Shown: piece by piece, positions 27,881 through 40,489 of the stretch
Numbering within the stretch: position 1 is the stretch's first letter
How the letters are laid out: every line of letters starts with the position of its first letter
From: Octopus sinensis
Lineage: Eukaryota
Length of the DNA stretch: 64,000 nt
Direction: 5' to 3'
NCBI RefSeq assembly: GCF_006345805.1
Contig: NC_042999.1
Span: forward strand, 169,756,001-169,820,000
Program-made: the position numbers and the translations under genes
The notes under the pieces: generated by a model
The model's database searches: none
What the model was told of the DNA's origin: nothing
Seen by the model: only the letters and a program-made list of their open reading frames with translations

Positions 27881-28101
27881 CCCTTTTGTTACTGTATTTA
27901 TTTTGAGATGCTCTGTGCTTCTTTCAATTACTTTAAATATAACAAAGAATTTAGCAAAATGACTTAGTTATCATTCAGCTAGTGTCAAGAACATAAATTG
28001 TGACTAAGGTTTGATAGAAGATTTTAATTCAGAACTTATGAAAACAAAACATTTGTACTGCAGAGCCAGAGCCGGTTTCAGCTGGGTTGGTAACAAAAGG
28101 G
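27881..28101. mobile_element. piggyBac-like MITE inserted into a SINE
   Basis: TTAA|CCCTTTTGTTAC...GTAACAAAAGGG|TTAA; the host SINE sequence resumes on both sides. Confidence 0.85.
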
Positions 28102-29599
28102 TTAAAAGTATGTGTGTCTGTAGAGGGCTCAGCCACTTGCAAGTTAATTCCAAGAGCAGACTGTTCTGTTGATTGGCTCAACCGGAACCCCTGTTGTCGT
28201 AACCAACAGAGTGCCTGTAGTCCCAAGCTGACCAAAGTATCTTGTAAAGTATCTTTGGTAGAAGGAAACTGGAACAAGCATCACCAAACAAGTGATGTTT
28301 CTTTTCTAGTCTTCTATGAAAAACATGTCTGACCATGGGGAAATTTTACCTTACTTGGGAAACAGTTGAGGGTTGGCAACAGGAAGGGCATCCAGCTGTA
28401 CAAAATCTGTCTCAACAAATTTTGTGTGACCCACGCAAGCATGGGGATGAGGATGTTCAATGATGATAACTCAAACTGAGTGAACCACAATGACTGTGGT
28501 GTGTTTCTTGGCAGTGTGACCCTCCCAAAATATAATAATGGCTTCAACATATAATTTCAGACCAAAATGCATCATCCAAGAAAAAAAAAAAAACATTGAC
28601 GGCATAATTATTTTTTGTTAATTTTTTACTAATGCATTAAATATGTTAACATTAACTTAATAATGGTTTCACATTTTGGCACAGAGCCAGCAATTTTAGG
28701 GGAGGGGGTAAGTTGATTACATCAACCCCAGTGCTCAACTGGTACTTTATTTTAATGAACTTTAAAGGACAAAAAGTAAAACTGACCTCAGCGTAATTAG
28801 AACTCAGAACAGAAAGATGGATGAACTGCTGCCAAGCAGTTTGCCCGGTCTGCCAGCTCACTGCCTTCTATTAACTAAATAAGAAGAGAACTAAAAACGA
28901 GGATGCTTCCAAGCGTTTATGAAGGAGATTTTTCAATGTCGACACACACTTCTTCATGCCAACCATTCTGCTTTAAACTGAGACCACACGGCTACTGCTA
29001 GAAATAGTAGTCATAGTTTCTTCAAGTCACACCCAAACTTACATTGGTCATTGTATAGAGATGGTCAGTTATAATGCTTTGGATTATGGGTCTGCTTGAT
29101 CTAGGCACGCCAGGAGCTAAACAATAACTAGGATTGTCTCTGATGGTAGACAAAGAAACACCAGAGATTTCAGTTAATGAATAAAGATATGAAGGTGATA
29201 GCTGTCATCATCATCCTTCTCACATCATTTTCTGCTCATTATTTCATCCTGGCATCGGTTGAATGGGTCTAAGTGTCTTACAACTTGTCACGGCCAATCA
29301 GTACACATAAAAACACAGAAAATTGATGGTTTTTGCTATTGTGTGTATATCATGCCTATTATTATTTTTTCTTTTGTGGTGTGTTTTTTAACACAGATGA
29401 CTTTTCTCTCATTAAACACTTTACAGCATTTACTAAGTGCATTTATCTAGCCACCAACACTAGAGATCTCATCTGCTACAGAACTACTAAAAGAGCCCAC
29501 TCTATTCTGTAGAAGATTTTTTTTCACAGTTACTATTCTCCCAGACAGATTGCCTGCTTGCAGCTTGTGGAGTTCATGTTTCTTTTGTTTGTTCTTTCC

Positions 29600-30200
29600 T
29601 TTTAAGTTAGTATGGTTATAGACAGATTGAATATGATAGTTTGTACCAGGATAGCAAACCAAAGATATTATTATGTATTGTAAATGCTTTGAGGTTTGCA
29701 GTGTAGGTTCTGGGTTCAAACCCTAAGTCAACCAGGCCTTTCCTCTCTCCAGTGCCTATAAAATAAGTTCTAGTAAGATACTGCTGGAGACCCCTACCAT
29801 ACAAATTTGCAGCCATCTGAACCAGAACATGAAGAGCAAAATAGATCAATGATCCAAGGATTTTCAACCGTGACTCATGACCATCTTTTCTTATTTTCAG
29901 ACACTGCATCTAGAACCATATTCAGATCATTCAAGATGTACATCATTGTTGAGATGGTAGACTGAGATATGACAAGCAGATCGAGGATCAACCCAGAAGC
30001 ATCCTCACGGCTGAAGACAGACAGACTCTCAAACATTGTACACAACATTTGCAACTCCTTCATCCTTCACCTTAAATCTCCTCATCCTTAATCACTCAAA
30101 ACCTTCTATCTCCATCTCCTCAGCATGTGTTGATTGCATTAACCTTATCACTTTGTTCCTTCACCTTTTACTTGGCTTATATAAAGGTGTCCACTGTCTT
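29600..30200 (-). mobile_element. Possible LINE endonuclease (APE) region relic
   Basis: Degenerate EIEGFE.LRMRR.....GVA pattern typical of APE domains; heavily decayed. Confidence 0.35.
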
Positions 30201-30222
30201 TCTCCTACTAAATACACTTTAA

Positions 30223-30429
30223 CCCTTTCGTTACCATATTTCTGCTGAGATGCTCTCTGTTTCTTTCAATTGATTTTAAATATAACAAAGAATTTAGTAA
30301 AATGACTTAGTTATCCTTAAGCTGGTGTTAGGAACATAAATTGTGACTAAGGTTTGGTGGAAGATTTCAATTCAAAACTTATGAAAACAAGACATTTATA
30401 CTACAGAGCCAGGGTTGGTATCGAAAGGG
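30223..30429. mobile_element. piggyBac-like MITE (same family as 27881-28101)
   Basis: TTAA|CCCTTTCGTTACC...GGTATCGAAAGGG|TTAA; internal sequence clearly homologous to 27881-28101. Confidence 0.85.
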
Positions 30430-31164
30430 TTAACTTCTTGTTGCACTGACAGCTAGCAACCCCTCTCCCCTGGAGCACACCTCAATTACCACTCCTCATC
30501 TGCTCTTGCCTTTGTTTACCTCTGCTATTGCCAATTGTTCTTCTGACTTCACTTCAAATAGCCCTGCTTTTTGGGCTCCAAACAAATAATTTTGTTAAGT
30601 AAAACAGGTGGCATGAATCAAATATGCTTGATGATAGGTATTCAACTACTATGAATATCTTTGAAACTATAAGTGACATGGACTGAAAGGTTCTCTTTGT
30701 ACTCAGTAGTTGAGTGAGAAAGGAAAGAACAACGATACAAACACAACACTTTGAGGTGGATTCTCAATTTGGTGAGGACAAGACAACTCTCTGGTACTGT
30801 GACAGAGACAATATAGGGAAGAGAGGACTCTAGTGTTGGTGGGGACAAAACCTCAAGTTGTGATGCCACAATAAAATAAAATTTACCAAGTACATTTTGA
30901 AGAAGAAAAAAAGAAAAAGAAAAAGGAATGAGCAAGCAAGACAAGGTCCCCACTTCTCCATCAAGGATGATAGCAACTATAAATAAGAACTGTCTTCACC
31001 TGTGATGATCTGTTCAACTCATGCTAGTATGGAAAAGTGTATGTAAAAAATCATGATGCTATCTATATACATACATACAAACACACATTTGTAAATATAC
31101 ACATTCACAACATAAAAATGAATATTTTTTTTCATACATGGGAGTGAAATTTGGCCTTGAATGC

Positions 31165-31480
31165 AGATTTAGAGAGTAGAAAGACTAGGAATTATGACCA
31201 CTTCATGATTATGCTTTGCTAGATGTGTAATAATACTGTGCATGAACAGGGAGAAAAATTGAACATAAGAGGAATCAGACGTAGAGGGAGGAGTGCATGC
31301 GTATGAGTATGTGATGTGTACTGGAGGATGATAGCTGTATAAAGAAGTGCTAGGTACCCAAAATGAATGGTACTCATAGAAGAGAGAGATCAAGAAGGAT
31401 TTGGGAAGAAGTGGTGAAGATGGATCTGAAGGAGATGACATGCTGAATAGGAAAAGACTGGTTTGTCCATCCAAGCTTGG
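31165..31480 (+). mobile_element. RTE-type LINE 3' fragment
   Basis: Frameshifted pieces REKLNIRGIRRR, EDDSCIKK, R..RIWEEVVKMDL. Confidence 0.65.
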
Positions 31481-34400
31481 TAAAATGGACACTAAAATTG
31501 TTAGTGTGTACCTATGTATGCATATGCAGCCACGTATCACTACGTATATGTATATATATATATATATATGCACGTTATTAACTTCTTTGATGCAATCTTA
31601 TTTCTCAAACAAGTATCTTAGTGCTCACCAATCTTTCATATATCCCACTCATCACATACTTTTATCACTCATCCATACCCTCATCTCTCATACTCATGTC
31701 CCTATTGTTCATCTCTCCCTCCCACCTTCCACTTTTAAATCTCACTCCACCAGGCTGCCAGTGTGACTAAGGGTAGTCTCAAACAGACTGGAGTGGAGCA
31801 TACGACTCACTGGTAGATAATATAAAATGCTGCACCATATAACAGAACATCGCGGGTGTCAAATTTATGTTTAGAGGAAACCCTGGCAATCACCACATCC
31901 CGAGAAAACATAATTAATGTCCACTCAGAAGGATCTCCTCTGTTCATCATACTGAGCTTCCAGTGCACCTAAGAATGTCACTGCACCTGTCTGACCTTCT
32001 CACCAACACCCCACCCACCTCTCACAGCTATCTTGAGACATATGCTTTAAGGGCCTTCACCAGGTATGTATCTCACACACTCTACTTATACTCCCCACCT
32101 AGCCATTTGGTACAGATTATTTGTCCTTACCATTCATTGACCTTTTGCCATCACCCCTATCCTCTCCAATGTTAATACATTGATAATATCCACCCCCTCT
32201 TACCACTACTGTGAACTCTGTTAAAAGCACCTAGTACTCTGTAAAGATGTTGGTGTTGGCATCCAACCATAAAAACTGAATCAAAAATTAAACTTACAAG
32301 TGAGATGCAGTGTTCAGACTCATCTAGAAGCACAATAATGACTATCTAACCCATGCCAGCATAGAAAGCAGAAGTTTTATTCCGATGATAATAAAACTAG
32401 GCATTAAAATACTTCAATCCCTAAGTATATTTCCAATTACTGTATTTATTCTACATAATAAACACTCATATATTAATGTGCATCATTAGTTTTGGGCAAT
32501 GAAATACTAGGAAAAGATATTTCATCTCTAACATGCATTGCATCATCATCATCATCACCACCACCACCATTGTGGTTGTCATTGTTTAACTTACATGTGC
32601 CATGCTGGCATGGGTTGGATGGTTTGACAGGAGCCAATGCGAAAGAGGTAGCATGGAAGATGAGAGTGAAAAGAATTGCAACAGGAATGTTCATCTCCAG
32701 TCTCGAGTTAATCGACTTTTTCGTTTCCCACATGAAACGGAAAATAAGGCTGGAGAAGAAATGCCTGTTGCAAAGTGTGTTTCGTAAAAGATGGAAGTCT
32801 ATAGCAAGTATGTTGCGAGTGAAAGAACCTGTTTAATCAAGAATGTGAAAAAGGAGAAAGCAAAGTCTTCAGTGTGAGTTTGTGGTTTGTGGGGTCAACC
32901 GCGTCCTCCGCTTCATTTTTTGTTATTCACTCATTCTCATTTAACTGTATATATCTTAATTGTTTGTTTATTCATACGCTTCGTCTCATTCGATACCCTG
33001 GCCCCAATGTTTGTTTTGTCTGTCCTTGTATCGTCCCCTCTTTTTCTCAACCTCATGGATAATAAAGAATTTGACTTACACTTTAGCAAGGTTTCTATGG
33101 TTGGATGCCCTTCCTAAAGCCAACTACTTTACAATGTACTCGGTGCCCCTTACATGACATTAGCACAAGTGAAGTCCAAATGAGGAATGCGGTGTAATTT
33201 TTCTTTTAATTATGCAATATAATATATATATCAAATGCCTACTTTTTCATGCTTGCATGGATCAAAGAAGTGAGTATTAGGGCAGAGTTTTCTATGGCCA
33301 GATGTCCTTTTTGTCACCAGCCATCACCTATTTCCAAGTTAAGTAATAATCTCCAATTCTATTAAACAAAAAACAACTTGGACATGCTATTATACAGGAC
33401 TGCAAGTAAATGACGCCATTAGTTTAGCCGCTGTTTACAACCAACTATATAAAAAAAAAGGCAAATATAAACTCACTTACACGCACTCAGGTATATATAT
33501 GTGTGTGTGTGTGTGTGACCTTGGGCAAGTGTCTTCCACTTTAGCCTCAGGTCGACCAAAGCCTTGTGAGTGGAACTGGTAGATGGAAACTGAAAGAAGC
33601 CAGTCATATATATATATATTTATGTGCATGTGTCTTTGTGTCTGTGTTTGTCCCCCCACCATTGCTTGACAGACGATGTTGGTGTGTTTATGTTCCTGTG
33701 AGATGCAAAAGATACCAATAGAATAAGTACTAGGCTTACAAAGAATAAGTCCAGCATGGATGTAGTCAAATGACTGAAACAAATAAAAGAATAATACATA
33801 TACATCCAAAGGGATTCTTTCAGTTTCCATTTATCAAATCCACCCACAAGGATTTGGTTGGCCCAGAGCTATAGTAAAAGACATTAGTCGAACATGTCAT
33901 GCAGTGGGACAGAATTTGAAACTATGTGGTTTGGAGGGGAACCTCTAAACCAGACAGTCATGCAATGTGCCTAAAAGCCATATAAATTGTATATATTAAA
34001 TTATATATTGACTGAATAGTTATGGATAGAATACTTGTGTGTATATATATTACCTGTTATAGCAGAAGATTGAAACCAAAAATTTAAAGAAGTATATCTT
34101 CTTGCAACAGCATATTTTTCTGTTTCTCAATCTATCTCTATCTCCCTTGTGTGTGTGTGTGTGTGTGTATATCAAATCTCAAACAAATCCCACTGTGCCG
34201 TTGCCAGGGGGTGGGGAATATACACTGAATAACATAGTCTGAGGTATACTATTCCTGAAAACATAATGGAGGCTTACAGGTATTTTTTCCATACATTGAG
34301 AACAAATGATCTAGACACACCTGTGCAGGTGTGTCTAGATCAGCCAATGCCCTCAATACTCAATTGCTCACGCCTCTCACATACACCCAAACTTTATAAG

Positions 34401-35189
34401 GTAACACAACATGCTGAATAATACCCGTTTCTATTCAGCTTTGATTGACCTTCCACTTTTCATACCATCTCATTGCCATACAGCAGTGCTTTTCAAACTT
34501 TTTGCTGGAGCGGAACCCCAAGCATGAAACGAGAAACATTTTGTTGCCAATAGTTCCCTGAATCTTCCCTTCCATTTTTCACATTTTAGTTACCATATTT
34601 TCATTATATCAACCCCCAGCATTTTGATCAGTTCACAGACTTGATGTTTCAAAGGTACTTCTACTATGAAATACTTCTGTGCATCCATAATACCTAAGGT
34701 TTGGGTTGCTCCATTCAGGATTCCATGACAAATTTTGTAGAACCCTTGCTTGCAGTGAATACAATATATTCTTATGTATCAACCAAGGCCACACTTCAAA
34801 TGACACTGGATTTTGTGCTGTTACCAATGACAACATTGCTCTTTGTCATGACCCAATAAGGAGGCCATTATATGATTGCTCCACCTGCAAGAAATAGCAG
34901 CCAAATCTCCTTCAAATCACATCTTTTAACAGGACAGGATACTTTAGATAATTGAATTCTATGTAGCCTTTAAGAGATAGGCAGATCATAATTGGTGAAC
35001 CTTTGTTCATAGGTGTGCTTAATCAGGGCTGAACAACACCAATAGCAACTGTTCACTCATACACTGGCCTTCAAATCATTGAAATTTCAGACGATTTGGC
35101 CAAGTTTGAAGTTGGCTCTATAGCTCTGATATGCACAACACTTCAAATATATTCAATCCTGAAGCTAGAAACTTAGTGACCCTCAATTT

Positions 35190-35720
35190 ATCTGTACATT
35201 AAATTCTTTATTGACCTTGCTACCAATCCCGATCCTGAACATAAAACCCAGACAACTAGTTTTCTCAGTAGCTCCTGGATGACACAGTGTGAACCCTTTC
35301 AAAAGTTTATCTCTACATTGTTCTTGCATCACACATATCCAGTTGAGCATGCTGGTTCCATTCCTCTCCAGCCATTGCATTCAATGCTCAGACCTCAATA
35401 TCTTGCAGCAGTTCAGTCCATATACAAGCAACACACTATTTACCTTTTACTTGAAGAGAGAACCCTTTAGTTGCGAGCAGAGGTAAAACCCTGAATGTGT
35501 TCTACCTGGTCCTTATTCTAGCTTCTTTGCACACTCCTCCAAAGCTGATTAAACTGTTAACAGGAACTATCATCAACTTCTTTACAGCATTCCAAACACT
35601 AAAAAGAAGTTCTTTTTATTAGCATTCTGACCCTTAATTGTTCTTGTCACATACAAAGCCTTCATTGTCAGCCAGCCTGTGAACCCAGTACACTTCTTGG
35701 GCATACATAGTTCATACAAT
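35190..35720 (-). mobile_element. RTE-type LINE fragment
   Basis: LERNGTSMLNWIC resembles RTE LERNEASMLRWMC; multiple stops. Confidence 0.6.
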
Positions 35721-36036
35721 GTACACCAGATGGAGTGCATATTTATTTTATATCACAATTGGTGAATATCATTCTAGGTTACAGGTTTAAACAAACCAAT
35801 CACTAGTTCACTGTGGCAAAGTGACAAGTGTGTAACTTGATAGTGAATAAATACCTCAAAGGACTCCACTCACAAAGGAAAGTTTGATGGTTTTCTCACC
35901 ATTTTATATAAGTGACACACATACACACACTATTTAAGTGCTATATTTTTAGAGCTTTAATTACTTTGAATTCTACCATTAAAAACAAATCATTTTACAT
36001 TTCTCAAGGTTTGTAAATTTTTATCACACACATTAT

Positions 36037-36652
36037 TAGTGATGGAAGCAATATTAATACCAAAAGATAACTTTTACATCCAACTTAACATGAATGTCTT
36101 ATTAGAAGACCAAATACTGCATTATTAGCGTTGAGAGATCCTCTCATATAGGTGCTTGGTGCATAAAAGAGCACAAGGGTCGACCCTTGTCATGGCTGCT
36201 GGAATTCCTGTATCACATGATTTCATTCTACTGGAGACCATCAGCGAGAAGTATTCAGTTAAATCTTGCTGCGATGATACAAAGAATATCAGCATCTTTT
36301 CAGACACTGATGATGCAAATAGCCAGCAGGCTTATTAAAAATTGATTACTAGCGATGGAAGCAGTATTAATAACAAAAGGTAATCTTTTTAGTCCAACTT
36401 AAACATAAATGTTTTGTTAGAACACCGAATACTGCATTATCAACATTCAGGGATCCTTTCATAGAGGTGCTTGGTGCTTAAAAGCGCACACAGATTGTAG
36501 CAGACAAGAATCGGCTCTCATGGGTGCTGGAATTCCCATATTATGTGATTTCATTCCATTGGAAATTGTCAGTGGGAAGTGTCCGATCACTGCATGCCAG
36601 TCAAATGTTGCTGCTAAGATATACAGAATACCAACACCTTTTCAGACATTGA
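36037..36652. repeat. Old tandem duplication (period about 313 bp)
   Basis: TAGTGATGGAAGC... (36037) and TAGCGATGGAAGC... (36350) stay colinear through CTTTTCAGACA with many substitutions. Confidence 0.85.
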
Positions 36653-37732
36653 AAGCTAAGTACACTGCTATTCCAGACGCAATTCTCTTCATTGATATTT
36701 TGATTCATACAAATTCTTTGGAATCTGCAGCATTTCCTAACTCTTATCCTCATGGAAGAGGATCTTAGCAAGCATCTTATTCTCAACCCTATTTTTTGGC
36801 TAAATAAACTGGACATCTTGCTCCATGATGTAACTTTTAAGTACTCTTTCTTCCACTTGTCTATATTTAATTGCAAACACTTAATTTTGAATATTTCAAA
36901 CTGATGACTCTGGCTCCTTGACATTTTACTCAATTGAAATAGCTACAATGTCACAGAGTATTCATGCAATTTTTCTTTCTCTTCATTTTCGTTTGTTTAA
37001 CAAACACTCCTGATATGCACACATGAACATACACAGATCTCCAAAGACAGAGGCATCAGTCATAATGTCAACAGGGAATGTCAATAGCAGCACTGCTTCA
37101 CTCGAGTGGTGATAAGTATGGAAGATAAGCACTCACACACACATTTGCTCATTTGCTTTACCAAAGGTTCGACAAATATGCTATAGAGGTATTGTTTTAC
37201 AGCTTGATGCTCATCCTGACTCTAACCTTTAACTGTTTTTCACATAGCTTCAAAGGTACAAAGTGAGTGGACAGGTTAATGACACAAGACATGCCAATAA
37301 CAACACCACCTGGACATTGTAACTTTCAAATAAGTGAGTGCTGATGCAAACAAACACAAAGGCACACACACCTGGCTTCTTTCCAGTTTCTGTCAATTAA
37401 ATCCATTCTCAAGACTGCTGACTGGCCCAGGGCCCACAGCACAAAAAGCAGCTTTTTTACCCCACCCCCAAGCACTCCAGATTCATTTGTCTCTTCCCCT
37501 TTTGTGCTCCCAAACCAGACATTGCACTAACCCCTACACTCACTCATTCCCAGAGTGTCAGTCCTCTGCAATTACTTTCTCCTTGTATGTTTTTTTCTGC
37601 AGCTGTTGGCATGTCCATGAAGAATGTTAATGGCACTAAACTGCAAAGGTTATCGGTAATGCTCCATCCTCCAGGCCAAACCAACAGCGAAGTAGGTGCT
37701 AATATACTTAATGTAGTAAGTCAACAAAGTTT

Positions 37733-37797
37733 TGGTCTAGTGGTTAGGATTCCTGGCTTTCACCCAGGTGGCCCAGGTTCGATTCTTGGCATGGGAA
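37733..37797 (+). pseudogene. tRNA-Glu(TTC)-derived pseudogene lacking the 5' acceptor strand
   Basis: TGGTCTAGTGGTTAGGATT (A box), anticodon arm CCTGG-CTTTCAC-CCAGG, T arm CCAGG-TTCGATT-CTTGG, 3' CATGGGAA. Positions 1-7 read AAAGTTT and cannot pair with the 3' strand. Confidence 0.8.
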
Positions 37798-37809
37798 TAC
37801 TTATTTTAC

Positions 37810-38030
37810 AGTGGTGAGCTGGCACAAACATTAGCGCACTGGGCGAAATGCTTAGCAGTATTTCGTCTGCCGTTACATTCTGAGTTCAAATTTCACTGGG
37901 GTCAACTTTGCCTTTCATCCTTTCGGGGTCGATTAAATAAGTACCAGTTATGCACTGGGGTTGATGTCATTGCTTGTCCCCTCTATGTTTAACCCCCTGT
38001 GGGCAATAAAGACATAATAAAAGGTTTATC
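37810..38030 (+). mobile_element. tRNA-derived SINE family D
   Basis: GGTGAGCTGGCA head and GCCTTTCATCCTTTCGGGGTCGAT..AATAAGTACCAG core; fragments also at about 5470, 19380, 26170, 28650, 51010 and 54640. Confidence 0.85.
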
Positions 38031-38406
38031 AAAACTGCACTCATACTGAGAAGAAACAATTCATTAGCTAAATGACTAACTCTAATCAAGAAATACTTCT
38101 TCATCACCACCAGAATTTCAATTAATAACAGAAAGACAGCCCTCCACAGTTTTCTTGCAAGTTGTGAAATATTTACATATTTGAACCCCAATTTGTAGAA
38201 TTTCTCTGATATATTTTGTCTAATTTTCTTCTGTACTCTTTATTTGTCTTTTATTTGTTTCAGTCATTTGACTGCGGCTATGCTGGAGCACCAACTTTAG
38301 TCGAATAAATCAACCCCAGGACTCATTCTTTGTAAGCCTAGTACTTATTCTATCGGCCTCTTTTGTCAAACCGCTAAGTTACGGGAACGTAAACACACTA
38401 GCATCA

Positions 38407-39253
38407 TCTACATCTACATACATGGGGGAAATTCCGTCTATGGCTGTCTTTATGGAGTTGTTAGCTAACTCCTCCTACATCGTTTTGTCGATTTTGATGT
38501 AACTTGACACATGAGTAGAACTCAAGTCTGGAAACCTCATGGCATACTCAGATTGTTGAAAAAATTGATAATAGGGCCCCTGGAAGGGATCCTTATATAT
38601 AGCCAAGGAAAATAACCCATTCATTTTCCTAAATTATTCGGTAAAAATGAAATTGAGTATGCTTATTTCTTAGTATTTGAACTGTTAGAGTTATTTTCAC
38701 AATTTATCCAGTACAACCCATAAACAAGTAAATAGTATTTGCCTAAATAATAGATCCACTTATTTCAGTTAGTGACTTACTCACGAATATACCAACACAA
38801 GTGCCCCCAAAGGTAATATTCTCTGGGAATGCACAAAAGTCCTTTTTGAGTTATTTACTTTGAATTATTATTATCTCATATCTGATTAACCTGTTATTAC
38901 ATAAAATGCTCCACGATTTTAGTATCCATATCTTAGAAGTATTTCCTCCTATGTTCTATACACTCTGGCAATGCATTAAAGCCCTTTTGGGGGCTACTTT
39001 AATTGAATTCTTACTATCGGGTAATTAATTTCATGTTATTACATAACTTCACAATTTGGGTATTCATAGCTTATTGGGAATTCCTAAAAACAAGATCCTG
39101 TGTAGGACAGTTCGGTATTCTCTGTAAATGCACAAAAACTGTTTTAAGGGCTACACACTTTGTATTGTTGGTATTGGATTAGCGAAACAATTATGAGAAT
39201 GGAACCAAGGGATAAGCCCTGCTTTCCTGGGAATTACAGGGTATGTCAGCTAG
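38407..39253 (+). mobile_element. Non-autonomous Helitron nested in a SINE
   Basis: A|TC...CTAG|T termini with no TSD; CCCTG/CAGGG hairpin ending 12 nt before the 3' end; three diverged internal repeats of about 150 bp; splits a SINE into 38250-38405 and 39254-39418. Confidence 0.75.
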
Positions 39254-40489
39254 TATATACATATATATGATGGGCTTCTTTCAGTTTCTGTTTACCAACT
39301 CACAAGGCTTTGGTCGGCTCGAGGCTATAGCAGAAGACACTTGCCCAAGAAGCCACACAGTGGGACTGAACCCGGAACCATGCAGTTGGTAAGCAAGCTA
39401 CTTGCCACACAGCCACTCCTGTCTAATAGCGCACATTTAATAAATAAATCTTGAATAGTACCAAGCACTCAAAGGCAACATTAGAATTTATGAAGAAATC
39501 AGGTATTATGTTGACTTAGCCATGTAAAAGTTCTCAGTTTACTGCATATACATATATCAGAAGATCTTCTACCTTTGTCTGACTGTGATGGTGCACAACA
39601 ATCAAATAGTTGACAAAAAAATGAAATGAGGCCATATTTGGAACAATGGATGTAAGCATATTAAGACTACTTTTCTTCTTCAGTTTCTTTTTTCAAAAGC
39701 ACCCCTGACAAAAACCAGTGCTGGCTATAATTTCTATAGAATATCTGTAGACATAACCTAAACGAGTGATGTATAGCACACTGCTAACACAGAAGTACAT
39801 GGATACTGACTTGTTTTATGATCGAAGATACCAATGACATGATTCAATCATAAAATAAACTTGAAAAACCACATTTTAATATAAATACATTAAAATTGGA
39901 ATTTATAAGAATTTTAAAGACAGTGTAGGCTTTAATAATTGCTTTCTTTTACTAAATGTTATATACTCATAACTAATCAATAACTTTATTACAATATAGA
40001 TTTAAAAACAGAATGTAGTGAGAAATGAACCCAAAACACTTGATTACAAAGCAAGCTTTATAGGCTATGCCTGTACCAATAATTTTAACCATTTAGAATT
40101 TAAATCAACCATATCTGGCCAAAATATTCTGCTTGCTTTATGTTCAAACTGGCCGGATCCAACATCTCACACCTACCCTGCACTGTCATTCTAAAAATAA
40201 ACAATCACATCAAAACAATGGCAATAAAGAAGGTTATGCTTGTATATTCCCAAATTCAAGTTTTATTAGGTCGTTAGCCCCATTTCTTAATTGTTACTTA
40301 TGTCGCAGTTTGATTGATTTGTTCTTCTGATGTCATATTCTTAAACTAGAATTCATCCTTGTCCATACATTAATTTCTAAGCAGTAGTTCATCTGCTAGA
40401 AATAACAGTTAAGTCTCACTAAAATCTAACTATTTTAAACAAAATTAACAAAGAAAGATAATGCAGTTCTATTTCACCCAACAAAAAGA

